Source of the DNA: Marsupella aquatica
Taxonomy: Eukaryota > Plantae > Marchantiophyta
Reading direction: 5' to 3'
Assembly (NCBI GenBank): GCA_973895155.1
Contig: OZ316899.1
Span: 248,001 to 312,000, forward strand
DNA: 64,000 nt
How positions within the stretch are numbered: position 1 is the stretch's first letter; every line of letters begins with the position of its first letter. Shown piece after piece: positions 1-12,746 of the stretch. The position numbers and the translations under genes were made by a program. The notes under the pieces are model-generated. The model was not told the origin of the DNA. It ran no database searches and saw nothing but the letters and a program-made list of their open reading frames with translations.

Positions 1-470
1 TAAAATGTGAGACTTTGTTGAAGTGGTCTCTGATGTATATTCTTCATGCTGGTAAAATATGAGACTTTTCTGAGGTGCCTAAGTGTCTCAATAAAATAGG
101 TAAAAGTATTAAAAATGTTACAGAAAACGAAAACCGGAAAATTTTCCAAGTGCTGGGCGCATGCGCGCATAAGCTCATAGGCGCATAAGCGCATTAGTGT
201 TTTCGCGTCTAAGCAGAAAACAATAAAACTAAAATATTTTTAATTTTCAAACCACATGTCGGTTTGAGTTGAGATTTTCAGGGTAGGTTCTACTACGTAA
301 GGGCTATCTCCTGGAAAAGTATGAGACTTTTCTGACTATCTTAACTATTTAACTAAAATTGCATGGATCTATATAACTTAACTATGGTCTTAGTAGAGCT
401 AATCTTGTTGGAGTAGTGCCGTCGGATCTGGTTGCTGAGCTCTGGTGTAGGTGTTGGTCTGCATAGCTTC

Positions 471-1652
471 TCAAATTGCATCCATATCTTGAGTGTGATG
501 CCGATAGAAAGGTAAGGACTTCCGCTGTCGTTCAAGATCAAGTACAGGAAGAAGCCTCCGATGTAGCATGGTATTTACCTTGCTAGCTTGCATGTAAATA
601 CCAATGAAGTCGTAAGTGCAGCAAGTAGCATGGTAGTTTTGAGGAAACTTGGCCATGAATACCTCGGAGTCTTTGGCGAATGGTAGGAATGAAGTAACTC
701 TAGGTAGGAGTTCACGCCACTTCAGAGTATACTCGTTAATCGCTGAGAAGTGATGTTATTCCAAATCCTCTGCTTCTCAAATACTATAGTAACAAATCGT
801 TGGAGGACAACAAGCTAGACTGGAGAAGCTTCATGATTCATCTGAAATCTCCTCTTGGTTTGTCTTAAGAAGACAATGATGAACTCCAAGACATAAGCAG
901 GTAGATTCCCGAAATAAGCTAGAGCTAGATCTCCATTCTCCAATACAAGGTGTCCAACGAGGATCATGACAGCGAGTATAGGGCAAAAATGCTCCGCTTC
1001 TGTCCAGATCTCATCCATCTCTGCTATCTCCAAGCGAGTGACCTCTAGCAGATGAAGTTTCAAGATATAAAGGCATTCAACTCTCTTCTTATGGTAATAT
1101 TTCCAAAACTCCAAAATAGGAGGGGATCTAAGGTCTGAGACTCTAACAAACTCAGCAAACTGTTAAATACTCTCCTGAGGGGTTTTTGGATCGATATGCA
1201 GAGTAGGGATAAAATTGACTTGGCATGACTTGTCTTGACTGGGTGGAAGAGTGTCAGGGAAAGAAGTGGCAAGATGTGCATCTGTAGGAGTGATCTCAGG
1301 TTCTGGAAAACTAGGGAAAAGTTGGTTTGGTTGGTTTGAAGGACTATAAGGAGAAGTAGGTGAATGGCTAGAAGGAGAACTAGAATAATAAAATGGGAGA
1401 GCCTGATGCTGAGGTATGATAGCGAACTGCAGAATAAACTTGCTTGGTGTTGTAGCCAAACATCTGAGTGAATCTGTGGACAAGATCTTCACAGTCTTCC
1501 AAGTGCTGGTCGTGGCTTGAAATACGTGATAATCTATACATAACCTCATCTAATACTTCGATCAAATGACCGGGATCACATTCCAACATCTTGCAAATCT
1601 CACCCACAAGATTAAAATAGTACTCAATTGGATGTCGGGGTGAAGTATTCAC
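471..1652 (-). pseudogene. Decayed retroelement-type accessory ORF
   Basis: Pieces 1380-1652, 1163-1549, 815-1114 and 471-656; 1163-1549 and 815-1114 are in frame across one stop. Contains a P/S/T-rich linker and a motif shared with the gypsy LTR ORF. Confidence 0.45.
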
Positions 1653-3288
1653 AATTTGTTGAAGATCTGTTCTCAGTGGTGGTAACGGTCTCCTCAGTAG
1701 GAGCGGATCGGGGAGTCGTCAGAGGGAGAGGCGAAAATCTGTAGCAGAGGTTGCTACCTCGAACCTGGACCAGGGCTACCCAGAGCGACTTGCGGGGAGG
1801 AATTCAAAACCTTTACCGAGAATAATTCGATTTCACTTACACTCATCTTGCCACATGCAAGGAGTAAAGTAGATTGAGTCGAGTCAAAATAATACGTCAG
1901 TTTGTTTACATGTATCACCAGGAAATGAAAATCAAAGTGGGCTCCAATCAAAAGGCCGCCCCTCTGTAAGCTTGCGTTTGCTGCTGGGACGATTGTTGAG
2001 GATGCAAGCTGGGATGATTGTCGAGGACAATGATCTGCAAAACAATGATCAAACAGCAAAGCAAAAATGAAATGGCATCTGAGCGATCATTGCTGAGCTG
2101 GAACTTCCCTTGCATTCAAAGGACGTAGCTCCTGTGCTTTCCCACGCACCGCCATCGCAATATCCACAAGCTCCCTTGTGCACCTCCCTCGCGTTCCCGT
2201 GTGACACTGCCACATCTGCCGCGCCGCCCGCTTTGAGATTTACGCTACTTTTGACCTAGTTCCCGCTCCCCTGCGTCGTGTTACTCCTCACCCTCACTTT
2301 CCGTCAGAACCCGCAATTTTTTGACCCTAGAGTTACGGTCTAGAGGCGACCGTACGCGTGAACAATAGCTTTTAATCTACATTTTTTTCTCCTCGCCGCT
2401 ATTCACGTTCAAAGGACAAGTACAGTAGTCCCGGCTAGTATTATACCAGGCCCGTGACCGAGCGGGTCAGTCACAAAGGCTGAACTTACACGACTACTAC
2501 AGTGTACTGTAGTTGTTTCCAGAAAACCCTAAACTCTATGGATGAAAACCCATCTTTGCAACATGTCCAATGTCATTTTCCAGTTATTGATGAAAAACCA
2601 AGAGTTACCTGGAATTGAGTTGACAAGAGTGGTGCCATCATGGAAGAAGAATATACCTTTGTCTCGGAGGACTGACTGCTTACTTTCATCACTTGAGTCA
2701 CTCTGTAGCAAACGTATATGTGGTCCACTATGCTTTTGGGCCAAATTGGGTAATATGAGTGTGACGTTGGGGTGACCTCAGCCCCTGGACAAAGCAAAAC
2801 TTTTCACACCAGGCACTTTGTCTCTTTAGTACTATGAGACCACTAAGGAAGCACTGAAAAATTCTCTTCGATCATGACCATGTAAACAATTAGGCAAATA
2901 AGTATGCCAAATGGGGATGCCCTCATGGATCAGAAAATTCCAAGTCAACATTGAGACACCTGGAATTCTTGGTCTTAACCTAAATCCAGCATTCCCATTG
3001 GTGATATAAGTCAATAAAAAGCACACCTGACCCAAAATCTTATATATAATGTTGGCATGAATTACCTTAGTTATAGTCACAATTAATTTTGTAACTACTA
3101 AATTAAAAACACACATAACTCAATTCTTATACAAAAGCTGACCTGCTTAGAAAAAAAATTCACACATTGTTTTGTTCTAAGCCCTAAACTCTGAACAATA
3201 CCCCGACCCTAACTCGCCTGCCACAGAAGAGATATTAATAGGGACTTGAAATATATATTATGTTGCTAATGAAAACAAAAGGTGCCCA

Positions 3289-4863
3289 TCTACTACTATA
3301 ATAACAAATCCCGCCAGTTTTAGTCCATAGTCCCGTTACATAAATGAAAAAGGAGGGAACAAAGCTAAGCCATCAGATATTTTCTTGAATTATTTATGGC
3401 TCTTGGACTGAGTCAAATGGGAACCTAAAATTGGCTGTAAGTTATAGTACAAGGTAGATATAATACATCATAGACTACTTGCATGTGCTACTATAGTTAT
3501 TTTGTAGCTTGCGTATAATACTTTTTGGCATGGAGCATTAAATTGTAAGTATATTATTTTATGGTCTATTAATTTAGAGTACATTTGGCATGGGACATGA
3601 AAGTGAAAAGATTCACTTGAGATAATGGTTTTGGTAGGGAGCGAGCACTAAAGGGAAGAGAGTAGGTTGACATTATATTATTTAACCCTAAACTCTTAAA
3701 GAGGAGATTTAACTCTTTAAAAATTAGTTAATTTTTAGTTATCTTGCATGCACCCCAATTTCTATTTTGCACAATGATATCTTTCACTCAACAAAAGTTT
3801 TTGTGTAATAATGTATTTTAACAATTTTTTTTTTTCAACGATTATCTTTTACACCACGTACGATCTATTTCTCAACAACATCTTTAACCAAACAACATCT
3901 ATTATGCAACGCACTGGGATTGAAAGGATATCGAGAGAATGATCATCTTTGCTAAACCCTAAGACACTAAATCTGAAACCGATAATATAACGTTGCTCCA
4001 ATTTATAGTGGGTCGCCATTCAAATGCATGGGCATTTTGGGTAAAAAAACAAAACAAAGAAAAAGACTCACTCCTTAGTTTCCTTGATTTTTTATTTCAT
4101 AACATCTTTCACAGAATGATAGCTTGGGTAAATAACACCATTTTTCTTTTAACATCTTTTGCTTCACGATATCTTTGGCAAAATGACACCTTTTTCTTAA
4201 TATCATCTTTCACACAATGGCATGTTTGGCAAAACTACTTTTTCTTAAGACATCTTTTTACTTTGTGACATCTTTCACTTAACAACATCTTGGGCAACAC
4301 GACATCTTATTTCTTAACAACATCTTTTGTGCAACGCACAGGTATTTTCCGTGAACAATGTCTTGGCCGACATGACATTTTTTTCTCAACATCTTGGCCG
4401 ACACAACGTCTTTTTTCTCAACGACTTCTTGGCCGACATGACATTTTTTTGCTCAATGATCTCTTGGCCAACACGACATCTTTTTTCCTCAATGACCTCT
4501 TGGGCGACAAGACATCTTTTTTCTTCATGATCTCTTGGTTGACACTACATATTTTCTTTCAACGACCTCTTGGCCAATACAACATCTTTTTTTCTCAACG
4601 ACATCTTGACCAACACAACTTCTTTTCTCTCAATGACCTCTGGGCGACATGACATCGTTTCTCTCAACTACCTCTTGGGCAACACGACATCTTTTCTCTC
4701 CACAACCTCTTGGGCAACACGACATCTTTTCTCTCCACGACCTCCTAGGCAACACTACATCTTTTTTCTCCACGACCTCTTGGCTGACACTACATCATTT
4801 TTCTCAATGACATCACATCTTGGCCGACACAACTTCTTTTGTGCAACGCACAGGTATTGAGCT
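3289..4863 (+). mobile_element. Non-autonomous Helitron-like element
   Basis: 5' end A|TCTACTACTATAATAA. 3' hairpin GTGC-AAC-GCAC at 4841-4851 is followed 10 nt later by CTAT in place of CTAG. No TSD seen and no Rep/helicase. Confidence 0.6.
4262..4830 (+). repeat. Degenerate tandem array of about 35-bp units (about 14 copies)
   Basis: Approximate consensus ACGACATCTTTTTTCTCAACGACCTCTTGGGCAAC. Confidence 0.9.
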
Positions 4864-5354
4864 ATCCCTATTATATATACTGGTTCTACCCTGGATGAAG
4901 CAAAAACTTTGCCGCTTGAAGTAAATAGATCAACTACAGCAGGAGACCTTCAAGCTCACGCTTCTAACTACCGTACAACTCGAATGGGTGGGGTTGGCAT
5001 ATCCCCGTGTAGAGGTAGGGTAGTTATTAGTACCAGTGTCAGTGCCGCTCTAGCGACGAACACTGAGCTTGAAGGGTGTGGTGGCCGCATCACCGTGTAG
5101 TACTAGGGTACTTAATTATCAGTACAAGCGTCACTCAACAAGAAACACTCAGTCGCATATTCTGCTCGGGGCATCTCTCTCATACTCAGGTAGTTCAATG
5201 CTTTCATCAGGCGACGGGTATGAAACACTGTTCATTCGCACATTTTACTTTTTGGGCTATCGGCAGGCGAGGCGAGGCGGAGCGAGAGAGAGACAATCCC
5301 TCTTACCCAGGTTTAGGGTTCAACCATCCTTTGGTGTCATTCTTTATTCGCGCT

Positions 5355-7647
5355 ATGACGATGGTGAATCAGGCAAGGCATTATTGGGGCTGTGTTCTCG
5401 AGTACGGGGGTCTACTCATAGCAACATACGAAGAGCAGCAGCCAGAGCAAGCGGATGAAGAGAGACAACTCATACAAAAGTTGTGGGAGCTCCTTGAGGT
5501 TGCATTTGTCGGCGGGGAATGCATTTCTGTGGATCTTTTATGGTCACCATCGGTTGATGAACTCAACCGCATTTGGTTTGAGGAGGATCAGTTGTTGTCG
5601 GTAAGGCGAGCGATTGATAGGTGTCCAGACGACAAGTGGGTACTACCAGGCTGGACGTTGAAGTGGACGCCAGAGGCTGTGCTAGGTGAAGGCTCACGGC
5701 GAGGAAGCGAGGGGAAACAAGCTCTGCTGGTAGCAAATGCACGCGGGAAGAAACATGAAGAGGCAGTCGCTGCACCACCGACAAAATTAAAGAAGAGTGG
5801 AGCAGGTCGGCAGTCAGCACGACCGCGATGAAACGGGACACCGACAGTGCCACCAACAAGTCTAGGTCGGAATAGTGAGACTAGGGAAGAACCGGGAGGA
5901 ATTGATGTTGCGGCCACCACATCGACGCCAAAGGATTGGAATTGGAAGGGTTGGGTTGACACGGTAGCAGAGGAACTTCGACTCAAATTTATTTGGGATG
6001 ACGACGATGTATTCCGAGTCGTAGTTTCGGGCAGGTATCCCAAATTCCTACACGGGTCGGGGCTGGAGAAATTTGTCTGGTTACCCTGGACTGCCCAAGA
6101 TATAACCCACAGAGAGATGATGATGTTCGTAGCTAATTGGGATCCTGAGCGCAAGCACACGCATATATTTGGTCGAGAATTCCAATTTTCAGAGAAGGTG
6201 GTATCCGAAGTGTTTGGGCTAGCCTTGGGAGAGCCGGTTAAAATTGGCAGGAGGGTTCACATTAAGGACACCGAGTGCAGGGACTTTGAGGGACCCCCCA
6301 ACGTGAACGGATTCTTGCGCTGTCAATGTATCAATATTCAAACTTGCGACATCCTGGATTTCCTTCAAGTTACAATGTGGTTTACTCCGAGACGGCCTGA
6401 GTTCGGGAAGAATGAGGTGGCATTGGTAAATCAGCTCAGCACAGGGGTGAACTACTGTGGTTTTCTTTTCAAGAGATTGTTGGAGGCGTTGAATACCAAT
6501 CATAGAATGATGTCGGTTGGGGGTGTTTCCCGGCTGGCATATCACTTGCCACTAATCATAAAACATGCTCAAACTCAACTACATCAGCCAGCAGAGATTC
6601 CCACTCAAATCGGACTAGGGAAGGGACAAGAAGATGCAGAAGGCCGGGACCCAGCACTTATCATGTGGAGTAAGAAACCATTGCCACTGGCGCTAAGGCA
6701 CACAGCAGAGGTCGACACCTCAAAGTCCCAAACAGAACTAGGAGATGACATGGGAGTTCCTGGGCAGAACGCCGAGGGACGATGAGGTTGAGCAATTGTT
6801 TTCCCGACAATTCACCTTGGGGTTAGCTCTACCGGCTAGAAGGACGATATCAGAATCCTCTACTGAGAACAATGGCGGAGACGAGTCTGAAAATAACCCG
6901 GCCGTAGGACCACCCGCAAGAATCTCGATTGGACACGAGACGGTTCCGATTGTGGAATATCAACCCGGTGCTGAATCACCAATGGGAGCCCAAACAATTG
7001 AGAAGGCTGCACCCCTTTTACAAGAGGAGTTGCGGCAGCTCGTGTAGGAAGTTGGGCGGAAGGAGGAGGAGGCGTCCTAAGCTAAGAAATCGCTTGAGTC
7101 GCTTTGTATTCAATTGAGTAAGGTGTCGCGGGAGACAGCCATACTCCAAACTTGGTATACAGCCAAACTGGCAACCGAGAAAGCAAAGACCGCTGATGCC
7201 AACACAAATTTGGTGAAATTACGACATACCAAGCACCAGCAAGTGTCTGATTTGGAACTCAAGTTGGCCAGAGTAGTTCAGGACCTGGCCAAGGAAAGGG
7301 ACAACTCGATCCACAAGTTGGGCTTAGCCGCAAAAGAACTGGAGGCCGACAGACAAAAGTCAGAAGCCAAACTTGGGGAGATGCAAGCTAAGTTAGAGAC
7401 AGAGGTTGCAAGTCTTCGATCAGAGAACCAGACACTCCAACATCAATTGCAAAAGGCTAATGAGGAGTTGATGTCAGGAACTGCAAAGAGACAGGCTTTA
7501 GGGTTGGAATGCAAAGATCTTCTTGACCGGAATCAGCTTCTGAAAACGCAAGCACAAAATCAGCTAAACCAGCTTAAGCAGCTCATGGGTTTAGGGTTTA
7601 GGGTACCTATATATAAAGCAAGTTGTTCATTCAGGAGTTGGTATTAG
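5355..7647 (+). pseudogene. Decayed transposon-associated gene: plant-mobile-domain/Transposase_32-like region plus C-terminal coiled coil
   Basis: ORFs 5076-5831 and 5847-6785 are in frame across one TGA. 6745-7047 and 7114-7647 are in frame with each other after a frameshift. The motif MMFVANWD...IFGREFQFSEKVVSEVFGL resembles the LVREFYAN...RG..I.FS...I...LGL pattern. C-terminus is heptad-like and rich in E/K/L/Q. Confidence 0.55.
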
Positions 7648-10600
7648 CTTCGATTCCAAGACACTGAACATTGAGTAATGCCACACAGATCAGCACAACA
7701 TGAAGGGTCAGTTTCATGATTACTATTCATTCACATCTTTTGCAATGTGTTGTCTTGTAGACAGGCATGGGCGAGCCACTCAAACTATGGATTGCATAAT
7801 TTTAGGAATGCGTGGAGGTGTAAAGTGATGAAATTGCCCAGGCTGTTGGGCACACAAGCGAGTGTGGATCGTGGAAACGGGGCGAAGCCAGCTACAGACG
7901 TTCTACATTCAACTTTAAACCCTAAATACAACATAGCCCGGGGGCGGGTGTTACCAAACAAGCTTGCAACGTCTCTCTAGTGGGTTTCCAATGTTCAGGA
8001 GCTGGTGGCCTTCCATCCATGTTTTGGCTGGCCCTGAGGCTGCCTTTCAGCAGTTCATGGACAAAGTCATCATGCGGGTCCCTAAAAACCGCCGTCATGT
8101 CAGTGGCATGAAGCCACTGGCCTCGACATGATGCCTCGTCATAGATACGCGTTTCCCCAAGCTGGTGCCACAATGTGTGGTTCACAGGCTGGCCCTGCCT
8201 TTTTATGATAGTTTAGGGTTGATTGCAGAATCAAATGTTTTTCAGCCCGAGAACGTGTGCTCTACAAAGCGCCCATAAGTTATATTGTCCATAGGGTTCC
8301 GGATGATTCCGAAAACTTACGTTTTGAAGGCCACAACTGTTAAGTATAGAAGGACGACACTCCTTGTTTTTGTGATGACGGCACTTCCCCTGTGATAACC
8401 CTGAACTTCCCCTGTTTTGTTGAAGATCATATTTTTTAAGGGTCACGCATCTCCCCAAATTGGGTTCCGAATTTTGGAATTCTGAATTGATACATGAGTA
8501 TCTAGTGTACACTGTGCCTTTGTTTAAGGAGGATGATACTACTCCTTCATTTGTTATGACAAGACAGAGCAAATTGAATTTGCAATGGCCCAAAGCATGA
8601 TGCACCCTCAACCCTGAATATGAACAATTTCCATGGATGCCTCCTGTGGATACGTACACGCGGCAGCGGCAGTACCAGGCAATGCTAGGAGCACTTAAAT
8701 ATGGATTTGGTGAAATCCGGTCCCCTCCCCCTTTAGATATTCCACGGAACATCGAGGTGCACTCAAGCGGGTATGTTGGACCTTTCATTTCAGGGTCCTC
8801 CATCCAAAAAAATGCACATCCATTCACTTCATTTTCATGCTTACTCCGACCGATGATGCATACGGCCAATGTTTGCTAGACTGCAAATCTGCTTCAGGTT
8901 ACTTATTCAAATTAGACGGAGGAGCCTGTATCTGCATCTGACACACTTTTAGTTTGGCTGTATGGCCACAAGAAACCCAGCCCGGGGCTAACAAGTCACT
9001 TCAAAACCGGAGCATCATATAGCACATACACATCCATTTAATTTCACTTTAACAGGGAGCAATGTCTATTTACAATTTCTTGTCCACTACCAATATGCAA
9101 CATTTTATTCAGCTTATGGATGTACATGCTATTTAATATACTATTGGCTACATATATAGGATTCAGCAAAGGGCATGGTATGAGTAGAAAACGGCGGGAC
9201 CGTAAGACATGAGGATCAAAAGGGGAACACAACCTATGATCAACGGCTGACGTGATAGTCGCCAAATACGCAAAGACAGGGAGGAGCCTCAATGTAACGG
9301 CGTCACACTTCCCCAAACTACTGTACATTCGACCCAAAAGGTTCCAATACCCCCTGCGGACTAAAAGCGAGAACGGAAGTGAACAACTTTGATAGACCAC
9401 TGGATGGTTCCCCGCCGGGGCTTCTTCACTGGCCGGTCTTACGGAGTGCGGTGCTCCCTCTACAGTGGTTGAACATCTCGTTTACCTATCTGCCATAGTG
9501 CCGGCTTCACCAGTTTTTTAGCATGTCGATCGTCCTCCGGTTGTTGTCCCCCTTTCGTGGGCCACCCTGTTGTACTGGGTCACTTCGAATGGAATTAAAT
9601 TTGATGTGTCAAGGCAAAAACTTTGACAGACCTCGGGATGACTTTGACGGACCACGCGACGATCGTGTGAAAGAACGTGCAGGGAGCTGCCATGACGATT
9701 AGTCATGTGCTGGTGTTGGTTGCAAGTGGATGCGTGTTGAAGTGTCGGCACAATATCTCGCTTGTTGTCCGTTGGCTGCAGAATCAGGCCGGCGAAAGTC
9801 CGGCTGGAGGATTTGAACACCAACATACTTCCCCGCTATGAAACCTTCATCGATCTCATTTGATTTTCACCGGCTTTGATTTTTCACCTGGCATTGAGCA
9901 TGTCCAATCTTTGCAGGGCCACTATCGGTGTTGACACACAGCATAAGAAACATCTACAAAGCTTTGATCAGCGGCAGCAACGCTGCGAGTTCAGCCAGTC
10001 AATTTCATTGTAAGCATGGCATGACGGTGTGCAGCCCCCCTTAATTTTGTCGTTAGCAGCAAAGGCATCATTGAGCGACCAAAAGCCTACAAATGGGGAT
10101 GGCTTAGCCACCATCATAACCGGATCTTTAGGAGTTAATAAGTGTATGTTTGGCCGTGGGAATCATTATGACCAAAGGACATGGGGATGCAACGCAGTTT
10201 CACGCTGAGAGCAGGTCGTCCGAACATGGAAGCTCACGCCACTTTGAAACTGGCAGAACGACGAAGAAAGCATAAGGAGAAAGTTTCTCGGGCCTGGGAG
10301 CTCATTGCGCGACTTTAGAGTTTCCAAACTCCCTCACTCCAAACAGCTCTCCAAAATCACGGCCTGATCCGAATGGATCGTTGCCTATCAATATATCGGG
10401 ATGGCTAGCGGCGTGTGCTCCAAGGTTTCTAAGGTGACGATATCACCTGAGTCGTTACAATGGAAAGACCTACAACATCTCCAAAGCACGGTTGTGCGAT
10501 ATGTTTGGATTACCAATTGTAGGGAGGCTGCCACTTGCGTATAAGGTAGAAGCACTAGATAAAGGAGAAACCACCGCATTTATACAATGGGCGGAGGTTT

Positions 10601-12548
10601 GGATAAATCGGAGCAAGATTCAATATGGCTCTATAAACAGCAAGGAGCGCCGGAACTACGTTGAGTTCTTCACCAAATGGGTGTTGATTTTTCATCACAC
10701 TAGCCCCACACAACTCGCATTGCCCAAGGCAGTGCCGGAGGGAGTCTACCAACACGTCCAGGTATAGAAGGCTTGCCTATCCGAGACCATCCATGCAAAG
10801 GGATGCCCGAGGTTCCCTTCTTTAGTGGCATACGAAGTAAGTGTAATCCTGCACAATAGCTTAGGATTAAAAGATCCTACCTGCGGGACAACATGCCAAC
10901 AAACGAATCGGACGAGGAAACTCCCATTTCAGCTCGCGCGACGAGGGATGTCAAAGCAGCAAACCACCACAACAATGACATAAATGTCAAACGTAGATGA
11001 CGACGGATCCGATGATATAGCTGAAAAAGATGAAGAGAATACTAATCTCAGCGGAGTTCTTCAGAATGAGAACCCAATAATAAGGTGGGTTAGTGCGGCG
11101 GCACCAACCAAGGCGTACCTCTTGGTGTTCGCTCCCACCCACGTTGATGAGGAGACGGAGTACAAAGAGGAATCTTGGGGAGGAGTATCACCAAGAAGAT
11201 ATAGTGGCCGGAGAAACACCTGGGGAAATGAACGAGAGGCGTCTCCGTCGATGCAATGCCTGGAGAAGGCAGAGGCGAGCACAATGGCGTAGGTCGCACA
11301 AAATGAAGTCGATGAGGCCGGTTTTCGCTCAGCATTTGGAGCCCATTTTGGGATACCGTTAGACCCGCCCGCAGAAGGTACAACTGACTAAGACCGTAGA
11401 AGAAGAATATTGATCCCGCACATTGCTCCACTTAGCTGATCATTCAAGGTTGTGAGGTTTCATTGTACTTGATGCATTCCGGAACGCATTATTTTTGCAC
11501 AAATCCTCGTGCGACTAAACAACAGGGACATAAAGCAATTCCCAATTTTGAACCCCTCGACTCCACGCGCGACACATTCAATCACATCTTCCTGGCCTTT
11601 CTCCAGACGGCATGTCTGAGTGCCATTTTGATAGCTGCTCGGACAGAGGTTGACAAATTTTGTATAGTCTATTTGGAGGATCCGGGTACCTAGGTAGCTT
11701 ATTGAGATCGCATTCCATTTCCCAATGGCCACTTACAGACAACGTCTGTGGACTTGGATTGCAGAGATTGTTGTAGTAGTTCTGAGGAGGGTAATCGTCC
11801 TCAGATCGAGGGTGCTGATGGTATTTGTTTGAGCGTACGTGGCTATCAGTATCATTCTTTACGTGGTGAGCATCGCCCCTAAACCCTAAAAGGAACGGAT
11901 GACAGCCATAGCTTCTTCAGTGTTGTCGACTTGCTTGCACTGGTTACTGCAGCCTCCAATATTCAATCATCAAAATGTAGGCGTTCTAGCAGGTTAATTA
12001 GTTCAATTGGCAGTGTTGCCATGTGTGTTCGGAAATGTGACCGGTATTTTCATTCCATCGGAGAAAATAACGATGTGCGTTAAACACGTACCCCTACCTA
12101 AACCCGGCGATGCAAGGGATCTTTTGTCGAGGTGAACTGGCCAACATTTGTCCATGTCGCTCCTAAGCATGTTTTTTCTTTTCAATACATCTATATTTCT
12201 ATATTATTATGTCCGCGACACCCTACAGCTCACCTCAATCTTCTTCATCGACGCATATATATATTCCATTGTTTTCATCCGACAATGATTTGTGCCGTCA
12301 CCGATTTGGTTTCTTGTTGACCGTTTAAGGGCGATGCTTTTTTATTAGGTTGGAATGCTATCCATGCACAGCACACCGCCGGCATGATTTAAATCCAACT
12401 GGTCACCTTCATAACAGGTTGGAGTTTGGCGGCAACCAATTTCCACAGTCTCTTGCTGATAAGGGTTGGTCGACTCATTAACAGGCTTGCCCCTTATCAT
12501 CGCGGAGAGAACAGTGTACGTGGGGGAGCGATTGCTATATTTGTGTTA

Positions 12549-12746
12549 TCAATCAGGGCATGGACTATGGCCGGAATATATTACTGACACATATATGTTC
12601 CTGGATTCAATTCAATCAGGGCAGCCATGGACTATGGCTAAACTACATTACACGTATATATATATGTTCCTGGATTGAAATCAATCAGGGCATGGACTAT
12701 GGCAGGCTGGACTACATATATTACACATACATGTTCCTCAATTGAA
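12549..12746. repeat. Three tandem ~65-bp units
   Basis: TCAATCAGGG(C)...CATGGACTATGGC...ATATGTTCCTGGATT occurs three times. Confidence 0.85.

Noticed and set aside
4262-4830. 35-bp repeat array as a CRISPR array
   Set aside because: Units are contiguous and degenerate with no unique spacers, there are no cas genes, and the context is eukaryotic.
5588-6160. 190-aa minus-strand ORF
   Set aside because: Antisense shadow of the plus-strand PMD-like gene.
8231-8869. 212-aa minus-strand ORF
   Set aside because: No recognisable motif; a decayed plus-strand frame overlaps it, so it is probably a shadow.
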